The notes: generated by a model not told the origin, from the letters alone. DNA of 60,092 bases from Candidatus Bathyarchaeota archaeon (GCA_937898665.1 CALEIY010000017.1:1-60092); one strand, 5' to 3'. Shown: positions 1 to 9,311, counted from the first letter of the stretch. Made by a program: numbers and translations.

Positions 1-1175
1 GACCACGCTGTGACCGTCGGCAGGCCCCAGAGTTCTATGAAGCCGACGGCGGCCGTCTGGTCGAAGGTTGATGATATGTCGTAGGTGGCGAGGTTGAGGT
101 CGTATAGCGAGTAGGGTGAGCTCCTGCCGACGACGTGGGCGTTCCCCTTATATAGCTTCAGGGTCACCTCCCCCGTCACTCGCTCCTGGGTCTTGTCTAT
201 GAAGGCGTCTAGGGCCTCCTTCAGCGGATCCATCCATAGGCCTGCGTAGACGAGGTAGGCCCATTCATGGTCGACGATGCGCTTGAAGAGTTTCTCATGC
301 CTCGTCAACACCATCTTCTCCAGGTCGAAGTGGGCCTTTAGAATGGTGATGGCCGCTGGGCATTCATAGACCTCCCTAGATTTCAGGCCGACGATCCTAT
401 CTTCAATATGGTCGATTCTGCCGACGCCGTGTCTCCCCGCAATGGTCTTCACCTTCTCCACCAGCTCCAGCGTCGTCATCTCCTCCCCGTTTAGGGAGAT
501 GGGGACCCCCTCCTCGAATCCTATGGTGAGGTATTCAGCCTCATCTGGAGCCTTCTCCGGTGGGACGGTCCACTCATAGATCTCCTCGGGAGGCTCCTTC
601 TCCGGATACTCCAGGATGCCGCACTCTATTGAGCGCCCCCATAGGTTCTGGTCTATGCTGTAGGGTGAGTCAACTGTGGCGGGTATGGGGATTCCATGCT
701 CCTTCGCATACTCTATCTCCTTATCCCTCGTCATATTCCACTCCCTGACGGGGGCGATGATCCTCAGCTTTGGATTCAGGGCCTTGATCGTGATGTCGAA
801 TCTAACCTGGTCATTCCCCTTTCCACTGCAGCCGTGGGCTACGGCCTCAGCCCCCTCCAGCTCCGCGACCTCCACCAGCTTCGATGCTATCAGCGGCCTC
901 GACAGGGAGCTGCTGATGGGATAGGCATCCATGTATAGGGCGTTAGCCTTGATCGCCGGAACCACATAGTCGTTGATGAACTCCTCCCTGGCGTCGATGG
1001 AGTAGTGGTTGACGACGCCGAGGCTCCAAGCCTTCTCCTCCACCCTCTTCAGATCCTTACCCTGCCCTAGGTCTAGGGTGAGGGTTACTACGTCGTATCC
1101 ATACTTCTCCTGGAGCCATTTCACCATCACCGAGGTGTCTAGGCCCCCTGAGAAGGCGAGCACCACCTTCGCCAT
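1..1175 (-). CDS. argG: Argininosuccinate synthase, C-terminus cut by window edge
   Basis: Absent from the ORF track because the frame runs off position 1. Reverse translation from the ATG (rc of cat at 1173-1175) gives MAKVVLAFSGGLDTSVMVKWLQEKYGYDVV... with the AFSGGLDTS P-loop and AHGCSGKGNDQVRFDITIKA block. Confidence 0.9.
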   Translation of the reverse strand, partial: MAKVVLAFSGGLDTSVMVKWLQEKYGYDVVTLTLDLGQGKDLKRVEEKAWSLGVVNHYSIDAREEFINDYVVPAIKANALYMDAYPISSSLSRPLIASKLVEVAELEGAEAVAHGCSGKGNDQVRFDITIKALNPKLRIIAPVREWNMTRDKEIEYAKEHGIPIPATVDSPYSIDQNLWGRSIECGILEYPEKEPPEEIYEWTVPPEKAPDEAEYLTIGFEEGVPISLNGEEMTTLELVEKVKTIAGRHGVGRIDHIEDRIVGLKSREVYECPAAITILKAHFDLEKMVLTRHEKLFKRIVDHEWAYLVYAGLWMDPLKEALDAFIDKTQERVTGEVTLKLYKGNAHVVGRSSPYSLYDLNLATYDISSTFDQTAAVGFIELWGLPTVTAW

Positions 1176-1245
1176 GACATCACCTGGATTAGGAGATGTG
1201 AGAATGGGGTAAACTTAAATAGTTTGTGGCATATATGCAACAAAT

Positions 1246-1857
1246 ATGCCAAGGAATGATCCAGATGGAGCGTCCAGGAGGTCGGTGGCCCAGCTCGTTA
1301 GGGAGATCCTCAGCATGAGACCCTTCCTCCTAGACGCCCTGAAGATGGGCATCGTCAACTACTCAGCCCTGGCAAGAGTTCTCCAGCGTGAGATCGGTGA
1401 GGGAAGCCTGGAGGCCATTAAGGCTGCCATCATCAGGGTCGGCGAGGAGCTGGTGGAGGAGTGGGGTCTAAGAGAGGAGGAGGTGCTCGCCATCCTCAGG
1501 GAGTCGAAGGTGAGGCTTCAGGATAAGATCGCCGTCATAATCTCCCCCGTGATGCTGGACATCCCCTACATAGTCACCGCCTACCTCACCGACAGCTACG
1601 TCTACATCGTAGACCAGACGGAGCTGAAGGGAGAACTCCCCGAGGGAGTTCAGGTCACAAGGAATCTTGTAGCCCTGATACTTCTCAGCCCAGAGAGGGT
1701 GGAGACGACGCCTGGATTCGTCGCCTTCGTCAGCCAGCTACTGGCTAGCAGGAACATTAACATCGTGGAGTTCATAAGCTGCTCGACGAACACCGTCATC
1801 GTCCTCGACTCCAGAGACGCCCTCGAGGCCTTCAAGCTGCTGCACAGGTTCACGTGA
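1246..1857 (+). CDS. ACT-domain protein, predicted amino-acid metabolism regulator
   Basis: 203-aa ORF. The C-terminal block PGFVAFVSQLLASRNINIVEFISCSTNTVIVL looks like an ACT fold. It is divergent from argG. Confidence 0.5.
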   Translation: MPRNDPDGASRRSVAQLVREILSMRPFLLDALKMGIVNYSALARVLQREIGEGSLEAIKAAIIRVGEELVEEWGLREEEVLAILRESKVRLQDKIAVIISPVMLDIPYIVTAYLTDSYVYIVDQTELKGELPEGVQVTRNLVALILLSPERVETTPGFVAFVSQLLASRNINIVEFISCSTNTVIVLDSRDALEAFKLLHRFT

Positions 1858-1897
1858 GGGCAAAGTTTTAGAGGTGGGAGTGGTTAGGGGATTCAGG

Positions 1898-2206
1898 ATG
1901 GCGGAGATATGCCCCATCTGCGGACTGCCGAAGGACCTCTGCGTCTGCGAGGAGATAAGTAAGGAGCAGCAGAGGATCAGGATCAGGCTGGAGACGAGGA
2001 AGTGGGGGAAGCAGATGACGGTCATCGACGGCATAGACCCGAAGGAGGTGAAGCTGAGCAGGTTGGCTCAGAAGCTCAAAACTCGATGCGCATGCGGAGG
2101 GACGGCTAAAAACAATCAGATACTATTACAGGGGGATCATAGAGAGCGGGTGAAGGAGATACTCATCGAGATGGGCTTCCCAGAGGAGAACATCGAGGTT
2201 CAGTGA
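1898..2206 (+). CDS. sui1: Translation initiation factor aIF1 / SUI1
   Basis: MAEICPICGLPKDLCVCEEISKEQQRIRIRLETRKWGKQMTVIDG... is the archaeal SUI1 pattern. The ATG at 1898 is preferred over the track GTG at 1874. Confidence 0.85.
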   Translation: MAEICPICGLPKDLCVCEEISKEQQRIRIRLETRKWGKQMTVIDGIDPKEVKLSRLAQKLKTRCACGGTAKNNQILLQGDHRERVKEILIEMGFPEENIEVQ

Positions 2207-2273
2207 GGGGCATTCTCCTTTTTCACATTAATAAGAAGCCTATTTAAGTGATCTAAGAGGTAGTGAAAACGGG

Positions 2274-3251
2274 ATGTCAACTGAGGGGATGGAATACTAC
2301 AGGGCGAAATATAAAACCCTGGAGGATCTACCAGGCGTAGGACCTGCGACGGCGGCCAAGCTGAGGCAGAGCGGCTACCGAACCGTTGAGGCCCTGGCGA
2401 CGGCGGCCGTAAGCGAGCTTGTCGCAGCGGGCATAGGGGAGGCGACTGCAGCCAGGATCATAGAGGCCGCGAGGAGAAGTATGGCCATCACCTTCGTAAG
2501 GGGCGACGAATTGGTGAAGCTGAGGAAGACCGTCAGGAAGCTGACGACGGGTTGTCCAAGCCTCGATAGACTGCTTGGTGGGGGCATAGAGACGCAGACG
2601 ATCACCGAGTTCTACGGCGAATTCGGGACGGGGAAGTCGCAGATATGCCAGCAGCTCTGCGTAACGGTTCAGCTCCCCTATGAGAAGGGAGGGCTGGAGG
2701 GAGGCGCCCTATACATCGACACCGAGAACACCTTCAGGCCTGAGAGGATCATGCAGATCGCCCCAAGATTCGGCTTGGACCCCGATGAGGTCTTGAAGAA
2801 TATCATCTACGCCGAGGCCTATACGTCCAATCATCAGATGGTGCTACTGGAGAACGCCGATGAGGTCATCAAGGAGAACAATATCAGGCTGATCATAATC
2901 GACAGCGTCACAAGTCACTTCCGAAGCGAATACCTCGGCAGGGAGATGCTGGCCTCAAGGCAGCAGCAGCTCAATAAGCATCTTCATAAGCTCATCAGGT
3001 TGGCGAGGGCCTTCAACGCGGCGGCCGTCGTGACAAACCAGGTGATGGCTCAGCCAGATGTCTTCTTCACCCGAGATGTTAGACCTGTGGGAGGCCATAT
3101 CCTCGGCCACATGAGTCACACCAGGATATATCTGAGGAAGGGTAGGGGGAACATCCGGATAGCTAAGTTGACTGTAAGCCCGAATCTGCCTGAGGGAGAA
3201 GCCCTGATCAGGATTACGGATCGGGGAGTAGAAGGCGAGGAAGATGCCTAA
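2274..3251 (+). CDS. radA: DNA repair and recombination protein RadA
   Basis: N-terminal HhH ([15 protein letters not shown]), Walker [10 protein letters not shown], 325 aa. Confidence 0.95.
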   Translation: MSTEGMEYYRAKYKTLEDLPGVGPATAAKLRQSGYRTVEALATAAVSELVAAGIGEATAARIIEAARRSMAITFVRGDELVKLRKTVRKLTTGCPSLDRLLGGGIETQTITEFYGEFGTGKSQICQQLCVTVQLPYEKGGLEGGALYIDTENTFRPERIMQIAPRFGLDPDEVLKNIIYAEAYTSNHQMVLLENADEVIKENNIRLIIIDSVTSHFRSEYLGREMLASRQQQLNKHLHKLIRLARAFNAAAVVTNQVMAQPDVFFTRDVRPVGGHILGHMSHTRIYLRKGRGNIRIAKLTVSPNLPEGEALIRITDRGVEGEEDA

Positions 3252-3597
3252 AACCCGAGGGAATGTCCAACGCTTCTTCGACTGCCTCCTGGAGAGGAGA
3301 TTCTCAGAGGCTGAAAGGCTTCTAGAGGCCATTAGGGGGGAGAGGCTGGGCGGAGAGGAGTTCAAGGCCGGATACCTAAAGGCCCTAGAGGGGATGCTCC
3401 TCTCCTCTCGATCGGGGGATGAGAGGGATTTCCTCAACAGGGCCTCCTTCACGCCTCAAGACCTGAGGCGCTATGGCAGAGAGTTGAGGAGGATGTTGAA
3501 GAAGGGTGTTAAACCCCCCTTCGATCAGGGTTTCCTCTCAGCCTGGATGGACTTCATCTCCCATAGACTAGGCTCTCAGGGAAGTTCTAAGCGGTGA
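3244..3597 (+). CDS. Hypothetical protein
   Basis: 117-aa ORF overlapping the radA stop by 8 nt. No motif recognised. Confidence 0.4.
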   Translation: MPKTRGNVQRFFDCLLERRFSEAERLLEAIRGERLGGEEFKAGYLKALEGMLLSSRSGDERDFLNRASFTPQDLRRYGRELRRMLKKGVKPPFDQGFLSAWMDFISHRLGSQGSSKR

Positions 3598-3850
3598 GGT
3601 ATGTGTATAGGAATATCCAAGTTGTGATCCAGAGGATGAAGTAGGTGAAGATGCCGATCCTAATTCCCTTTCTCCTGTCGACGGCTGAGAGCACCGATAA
3701 TAGATCGGAGACGATGATGTAGATGACGACGCCGAGGGGGAGGAGCGTCGAGGCTGGAATATTGAGGTTTAGCTGTAAAATTATCGTCAGGATGGCGATA
3801 ACTATCGATGCGAGGACTTTACCCCACCAGACCTTTTCGGCCCCCTTCAA
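3587..3850 (-). CDS. Small membrane protein
   Basis: 87 aa with about three hydrophobic spans. Confidence 0.4.
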   Translation of the reverse strand: MKGAEKVWWGKVLASIVIAILTIILQLNLNIPASTLLPLGVVIYIIVSDLLSVLSAVDRRKGIRIGIFTYFILWITTWIFLYTYLTA

Positions 3851-3868
3851 GGCTTCACCCCATAGACT

Positions 3869-4624
3869 CTAGCTCACATATCTATAGGCCTTCTCCTCCT
3901 CCCTTCGGTAGGCCTCCTCTTCCTCCCTCTGATACTCCAATAGCCTCCTCCTAATCGACTCATCGATCCTCCTCGCCCTCTCCACCAGAGGTGAGGTGTC
4001 GATCTCTATGCCCAGTATCGCGGAGAGCTTCTCCAAAACCGCCTTGGAGGAGAGATGCTGGGGTATATTGGCATATCTGATCTCACCGAGGAGGCAGATG
4101 CCCTCGATGCCACGCTGCTTAGCCACCCCGATCAGGATGCCGTTGAGGCCGTTTACGGCTCCCTCACCCTCCAGGGGCTTGACGTCGTATCTCAGAAGTA
4201 TCTCCATCAACCTTTCATCGTTACAGACGCCGTAGACATTTGGCTCGCCATAATAATCCGTTGGATATGCCGCCATGGTGTATATGCGCCTCACACCGAA
4301 GCGCTCGGCGACTCCTATGACGCATCTCGCCAACCTATATGCCTCCTCAGGTATGGTGGGCTGAGCCTCCCCGACGCAGATGATTAGATCCTCCTTCTGC
4401 GCCGCGTAGAAGGTATGCTTAATGGAGGGGAGCTCGGCCACCCCATCTCGATAGATGATGGAGTTCTGATAGTAGTTTATCTCGGCGAAGGGCTTCGCCC
4501 TCAACCTCTTACGGAGATAGTCGGCCGAGATCTTCGCGAGATAGCCCATCCCAGGCCATGCGGCGACCATCCGCGGCCTGATGAAGGTCGGTGTCCAGAG
4601 GTATCGCAGTTCCATGAGTCTCAT
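3869..4624 (-). CDS. PAC2-family (proteasome assembly chaperone-like) protein
   Basis: N-terminus RPRMVAAWPGMGYLAKISADYL and overall layout resemble the PAC2/ATP-grasp-like family. The C-terminus is acidic. Confidence 0.55.
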   Translation of the reverse strand: MRLMELRYLWTPTFIRPRMVAAWPGMGYLAKISADYLRKRLRAKPFAEINYYQNSIIYRDGVAELPSIKHTFYAAQKEDLIICVGEAQPTIPEEAYRLARCVIGVAERFGVRRIYTMAAYPTDYYGEPNVYGVCNDERLMEILLRYDVKPLEGEGAVNGLNGILIGVAKQRGIEGICLLGEIRYANIPQHLSSKAVLEKLSAILGIEIDTSPLVERARRIDESIRRRLLEYQREEEEAYRREEEKAYRYVS

Positions 4625-4751
4625 ATTGGAGGAGCGTCGATCCCGATTAAATCTTTCTCAAAGCCTATAAGGAAGTTCTTGGACGCCGCGGAATCGTTAA
4701 AGGCAGCTTCACATCTCTCAGATCTGCCTGCCTCCCGGGAGGTGTAAAGGG

Positions 4752-5084
4752 GTGAGGAGGTGGACGAGGGAGGAGGTGGAGAGGCTTAAAACCCTCTACG
4801 CCTCCGACAAGCCCTTTGAAGAGATCGTAAAGGCCTTCCCTGGGAGGAGTCCAAATGCGATAAGGCTGAAGGCCTCGAGGCTCGGCCTTAAGAGGATGCG
4901 ACCACCGGCGGAGGCCTCCCCCCTCATAGTTAAGGGGGGAGAGACCAAGAGGTTTCTCGTTAAATGCGGCGTCTGCGGCCATTGGATGGAGGTGGAGGAT
5001 GCGGCGCGTGGCTTCATCCTCTGCGAGCGATGTGGATCCCCCTGCTATCTCCCAGAGGCTGACGCCAAACCCAGAAGAGGCTGA
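4752..5084 (+). CDS. SANT/Myb-like DNA-binding domain protein with C-terminal zinc ribbon
   Basis: WTREEVERLKTLYASDKPFEEIVKAFPGRSPNAIRLKASRLGL followed by CGVCGHW...CERCGSPC. GTG start. Confidence 0.5.
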   Translation: MRRWTREEVERLKTLYASDKPFEEIVKAFPGRSPNAIRLKASRLGLKRMRPPAEASPLIVKGGETKRFLVKCGVCGHWMEVEDAARGFILCERCGSPCYLPEADAKPRRG

Positions 5085-6132
5085 GGAGATAGTTGAAGAT
5101 GAAGACGATGAGGATGGCGAAGACATTCGAGACGAGGTAATGGAGTCTCAGGAGATCCGTGAATAGCTTCAAGAGGAGAAGCCCCAGGGCAATTCCGAAA
5201 ACCCTGGCGAGATTGAACCTAACAAATCTAGCTAGGAGGCCTCCCCCACTTCGATTGGAGAAGGTCCAATAGTTGTTCCAGATGAAGTTGTTCACTATGG
5301 AAACCTCCGCGCTTATCGCACCGGAGATGAGGTAGTAGAGGCCGGCGACCTCCGTCAAAAGCCATATCACCACCTCGTTGACGAGGAGGCCGCTGAGGCC
5401 GACGGCGATGAATTTCAAGGCCCTACCTATCTCTCCAGATTCGAGGAAGAGTCTGAGGAGGATCCAGAGGAATCTCCGCATTTCTCCGAAGCTCAGCTTA
5501 CTCCTTCCCATGCGACGATCCACGAAGGTTATCGGCACCTCAACGATCTCAAAGCCCATCCGCTGGGCGACGCTGAGAACCTCCACCTGAAACTCGTATC
5601 CGATCCCCCTCACATGGGGCAAGACAGCTCTCATGACCTCAGCTCCATAGCATCTAAAACCCGTCGTTGAATCTCTGCTTGGAACACCCGTTAAGAGGCG
5701 GGTGAGGAAGTTGGCGCCCCAGGAGACCAGCCGCCTATAAAGACCCCAGCCAACTATACATCCACCCTCAACATATCGACTACCCAAGACAATTCGATGA
5801 GGCGCCCCCTCCCCAACAAGCTTGGGGAGCTCCAGGGGATCATGCGAGAGATCGGCGTCCATCGTCACGAGGAGCTCCGCACCCAACTCAAGCCCCTTCC
5901 TAAGGCCATCTCTAAGAGCTGAACCCAAACCCAGTTTGGCTCCCCTCTCCACGAGGATGATATTCCCATACCGCCTAGAGGCCTCCTCCACGATCCTGAT
6001 CGTTCCATCGGTGCTTCCATCGTCGACCACGACCACCTGGAGCTCCAAGCCGAGAGACTCCAACCTCTCCAATAGTTCACCGATCGTCCCAGCCTCATTA
6101 TAGGTGGGGATGATGACGCAGATCCTAGGCAT
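5014..6132 (-). CDS. GT2 glycosyltransferase (polyprenyl-phosphate mannose/glucose synthase-like) fused to GtrA-like membrane domain
   Basis: ICVIIPTYNEAGTIG, VVVDDGSTDGT and TMDADLSHDP motifs. The C-terminal part has four hydrophobic helices (GtrA-like). Confidence 0.85.
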   Translation of the reverse strand: MPRICVIIPTYNEAGTIGELLERLESLGLELQVVVVDDGSTDGTIRIVEEASRRYGNIILVERGAKLGLGSALRDGLRKGLELGAELLVTMDADLSHDPLELPKLVGEGAPHRIVLGSRYVEGGCIVGWGLYRRLVSWGANFLTRLLTGVPSRDSTTGFRCYGAEVMRAVLPHVRGIGYEFQVEVLSVAQRMGFEIVEVPITFVDRRMGRSKLSFGEMRRFLWILLRLFLESGEIGRALKFIAVGLSGLLVNEVVIWLLTEVAGLYYLISGAISAEVSIVNNFIWNNYWTFSNRSGGGLLARFVRFNLARVFGIALGLLLLKLFTDLLRLHYLVSNVFAILIVFIFNYLLSLFWVWRQPLGDSRGIHIARRG

Positions 6133-6373
6133 TCGACTTAAGGTGTGAGGAAACTCTATAAGTGGTTTGAGGGAGAGAAATCCAACTTTCTGAGCGATAA
6201 TTCATTCTCTCCCGGATATCGGCTGAGGGTGATGTAGATGAGATTTCAACTTCCTAACGAGATGAAGAGGTGTTGAATGGAGTTCCCCCTCAAGGCTGCT
6301 GCTCTCTTTAATCTTCAGCGGCATCATCTAGTTGAGAGTTACTGTCTCTTCTTCAAATGTTCTACCCTCTATG

Positions 6374-7396
6374 TTAGTGAGGTAGATGGATTAGAGCCGA
6401 GACGCCGACTATTAGGGCCGTGTAGAAGGCGAGGATGAGGAGTGTCTCCCTCCCCGTCTCGGGCCGCTCCTTCTTGATGAGGATTCTGGATGGAAGCGTG
6501 ATCCAGTCGGAGATCCATCTTGGGAGGGGGAGCATGAAGGGGGTTGAGGCCTGATATTCGACGTATCTCCCACCCAGCCTCTCCCTCATCTCAGCCTCCT
6601 CCATCAGGGCTGATGCCAGTATTGTTAGGGCCATGATGAGCCATGGGAGGGAGGGGGCTGGATAGTATCCTCCTCTAACAGGGGTGAAGACGAAGCGGTC
6701 GTAGATGAGGAGGCCGTAGCTCCAGATTAGGAGGCCGAGATACTGTGGATGCCTCGAATATCGATACGCCCAGAAATCTATGAGGTCTCTACCGATGAGC
6801 CTCCCATAGAGCCAGGTCTGGGAGCCGAGGAATAGGGTTGCAGAGCCGAGGAAGATGAGTAGATTGAAGATGAATTGATCGACGTGGCGGAGGATCGGGG
6901 AGGCGGAGAGGAGGCTAAGCAACACCCTGAGGGGGATGTAGGGGAGGTAGACTGCATCAGCAACGTCGAGGAGCTCCTCAAAGAGGTGGGGGCGATGAAT
7001 CCAGGGGGCTGGGACAAGCTCCATTAGGGGGAGCCAGATAACTCTGAGGACGCAGAGACCTGCGAGGAAGAACATCGTAGATGCGAAGTAGCTGAATGTG
7101 GGGAGGTAGAGGCCGAGGGAGCCGAGGGCTGAAAGCCTAAACCATCTGAGGAGAAAGCCGATTATGATGAGGAGGAGGAAGAGAGTGAAGCAGAGATAAC
7201 CTAATGGCCTCAAAGCCTCTATGGTGGCTTCAGCCTCAATCCAGTGCAGCCCATAGTCAGGAATCCATCTGAGGAGAAGCCTGTGAAGCCTATGTGGGAG
7301 GATGAGGGTGGAGTAGAGGAGGGCTATGATGAAGATCGCTGAAAGAGTTGAAGCCGCCATCAACTTCGAGTAGTCGAGGGGCTGAGGACTCATCAA
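6374..7396 (-). CDS. Polytopic membrane protein with ICMT/phospholipid methyltransferase-like C-terminal domain
   Basis: YRYSRHPQYLGLLIWSYGLL and EEAEMRERLGGRYVEYQ resemble the isoprenylcysteine carboxyl methyltransferase family. Confidence 0.6.
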   Translation of the reverse strand: MMSPQPLDYSKLMAASTLSAIFIIALLYSTLILPHRLHRLLLRWIPDYGLHWIEAEATIEALRPLGYLCFTLFLLLIIIGFLLRWFRLSALGSLGLYLPTFSYFASTMFFLAGLCVLRVIWLPLMELVPAPWIHRPHLFEELLDVADAVYLPYIPLRVLLSLLSASPILRHVDQFIFNLLIFLGSATLFLGSQTWLYGRLIGRDLIDFWAYRYSRHPQYLGLLIWSYGLLIYDRFVFTPVRGGYYPAPSLPWLIMALTILASALMEEAEMRERLGGRYVEYQASTPFMLPLPRWISDWITLPSRILIKKERPETGRETLLILAFYTALIVGVSALIHLPH

Positions 7397-7491
7397 ATGG
7401 AGAGGAAATCGGAGAGTAATAATTCCATGGATTAGAACAGCCCCTCATAACCTCTTTTAAATCTCCACAGCAATTTTCTCATCGATGAGAT

Positions 7492-8982
7492 ATGGGTAAG
7501 GCTAAGGGCTTCAGGCTTGAGGGAGTCATACCGGCGCTTGTCACCCCCTTCGACGAGCATGAGGAGTTCAACGAGGAGGCTTACCGCCGCCTCATAGACT
7601 GGCTCATAGAGAGGGGAGTCACAGGGGTCGTCCCCTGCGGGACAACTGGGGAGTTCTCGATGATGACCCGTGATGAGCGTCGAAGGGTTCTGGAGGTCTG
7701 CGTTGATCAGGTTAACGGCCGTGTTCCGGTTATAGCTGGAACAGGCTGGACGGCTACGAAGCTGGTCATAGAGGAGACCCAATATGCGAAGGATGTTGGA
7801 GCCGATGCAGCTCTCATCGTCAACCCCTACTATCTGAAGCCTAAGGGTGGGAAGGGCATCTATGATCACTATCTAGCCATCGCCGAGGCCGTTGATTTCC
7901 CCATAGTCCTCTACAACATCCCCTCCTGCACTGGTCAGTATATCCCATGGCAGGTCGTCGAGGATCTGGCCGAGATCGACAACATCGTAGGCCTGAAGGA
8001 TTCCAGCGGCGACCTGAAGTATCTCATGTCGGTGCTTGAGAAGGTGGGCGACAAGATCGATGTCGTCGTCGGCTGGGATGAGGTTGTGCTCCCAGCCCTC
8101 TCAGCCGGTGCAAAGGGAATGATCCTCGCCAGCGCCAACGTCATCCCCCACATCTGGCTTGAGATCTACGAGAAGGTGAAGGAGGGAGACCTGGAGGGGG
8201 CGAGGGCTATCCATAGGCGCATCCAGAAGTTCCTGCGGCACATCGTCTCCTCCGGCGCCCTAGGGGTGAAGGCCTGCCTAAACTACATGGGCCTCAACGT
8301 CGGCAGGACCCGTAGGCCATTGATAATGGGGGACACCCTCACCTATGAGCTGAGGGAGGAGCTCCGAATAGAGCTGGAGAAGTTGGGCCTCATAGAGAAG
8401 AAGCCCATCGCCTTCGAGATAGTCCCCGAGAAGCCCCTGATAGAGCGCTTCTACGCCATCGGGGTGACCCCTGAGGAGATCAAGCAGTTCCACCTAAGAA
8501 CCGGTGAGGCCCTCGTCGGTGAAGGAGCTGAGGTGGCCCACATAGACCTTCTAATAGGCAGGGTGGACGGCCCCGTCGGCAGAGCCTATGCAGAAGTTCT
8601 GTCGAGGCTTGTAGAGAAGCAGGAGGCGGTTCAGGTGATCCTCGAACCGGGAATGGCCGTGAAGCCGCCCACAATCATAGTTCCGACCGTTCCGGTTAGA
8701 AGCCTCAGACAGGCGAGTATGGTCTACGGCCCCGCGCAGGCTGGCGTCGCAAAGGCCGTGGCGAAGAGCGTTGAGGATGGGATTCTCCCAGCGACGGATG
8801 AATTGGTCATCATCGCTAAGGTCTTCGTCCATCCAACCGCAACGGATAGGCATAGGGTCTTCATCAACAACTTCAAGGCGATGCGCCACGCCATCAGGAA
8901 GGCGATGGAGGGTAGGCCGACGCCGGAGGAGACGACGGAGCACGCGGAGAACGCCAGACACCCCTTCAGAGAGAGCCTATAA
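7492..8982 (+). CDS. Fusion protein: DapA/N-acetylneuraminate-lyase-type class I aldolase (N-terminal) plus formaldehyde-activating enzyme Fae domain (C-terminal)
   Basis: N-terminal part has GTTGEF, VLYNIPSCTG and the Schiff-base lysine context IVGLKDSSGD. C-terminal part has GEALVGEGAEVAHIDLLIG, MVYGPAQAGVAKAV and a HPF ending, as in Fae. Confidence 0.8.
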   Translation: MGKAKGFRLEGVIPALVTPFDEHEEFNEEAYRRLIDWLIERGVTGVVPCGTTGEFSMMTRDERRRVLEVCVDQVNGRVPVIAGTGWTATKLVIEETQYAKDVGADAALIVNPYYLKPKGGKGIYDHYLAIAEAVDFPIVLYNIPSCTGQYIPWQVVEDLAEIDNIVGLKDSSGDLKYLMSVLEKVGDKIDVVVGWDEVVLPALSAGAKGMILASANVIPHIWLEIYEKVKEGDLEGARAIHRRIQKFLRHIVSSGALGVKACLNYMGLNVGRTRRPLIMGDTLTYELREELRIELEKLGLIEKKPIAFEIVPEKPLIERFYAIGVTPEEIKQFHLRTGEALVGEGAEVAHIDLLIGRVDGPVGRAYAEVLSRLVEKQEAVQVILEPGMAVKPPTIIVPTVPVRSLRQASMVYGPAQAGVAKAVAKSVEDGILPATDELVIIAKVFVHPTATDRHRVFINNFKAMRHAIRKAMEGRPTPEETTEHAENARHPFRESL

Positions 8983-9101
8983 ACCTAAGGCATCCTCCTC
9001 CCATCTTTTATCTCTCATTCAAAGAGTATTCCCGCGGTATTTTAGGTGTCTGAGGGAGATTCGCCGATAATCTTTTCCCCAGGCTTGGGAAGATTCTTAT
9101 A

Positions 9102-9163
9102 GGCGGGCGATGACAGGAAAGCCCCCCTGAGGCGTGATGACGATCTTGAGTGTGGAGCCCGCC
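9102..9163 (+). ncRNA. C/D-box sRNA (copy 1, degenerate D box)
   Basis: Terminal complement GGCGGGC/GCCCGCC. C-like GCGAUGA 9107-9113, D' CUGA 9127-9130, 3-nt loop, perfect C' GUGAUGA 9134-9140, exactly 12-nt spacer, then UGGA at the D position 9153-9156. Confidence 0.55.
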
Positions 9164-9173
9164 GCTCGAAGTC

Positions 9174-9178
9174 TTTTT
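9174..9178 (+). terminator. Oligo-T tract downstream of sRNA 1
   Basis: TTTTT lies 11 nt after the sRNA 3' stem. This is the archaeal oligo-T terminator type. Confidence 0.35.
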
Positions 9179-9203
9179 CCCTAATGGTTTCCCTCCTCTT
9201 ATC

Positions 9204-9267
9204 GGCGGGCGATGAGGGAGTCGAGTTCTCCTGACCCGTGATGATGAACTCTTGACCTGAGCCCGCC
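9204..9267 (+). ncRNA. C/D-box sRNA (copy 2)
   Basis: Same GGCGGGC/GCCCGCC terminal stem. C-like GCGAUGA 9209-9215, D' CUGA 9231-9234, C' GUGAUGA 9238-9244, 12-nt guide, canonical D CUGA 9257-9260. Confidence 0.75.
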
Positions 9268-9311
9268 GATGAACTAATATCGTCTCCGATCACCCTTTCT
9301 TTGGTGTCTCC

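Noticed and set aside
560-1212. Four plus-strand ORFs (62-82 aa)
   Set aside because: All lie antisense to, or out of frame within, the clearly recognisable argG coding sequence on the minus strand.
6133-6373. 241-nt spacer between the ICMT-like and GT2 genes, scanned for small RNAs or ORFs
   Set aside because: It holds only a 41-codon minus-strand frame and a 53-codon plus-strand frame, neither with features. An AUGAUGC...CUGA pair is only 2 nt apart. Nothing is supportable.
7432-7869. 145-aa minus-strand ORF
   Set aside because: It is antisense to the DapA-like domain, whose catalytic motifs are intact.
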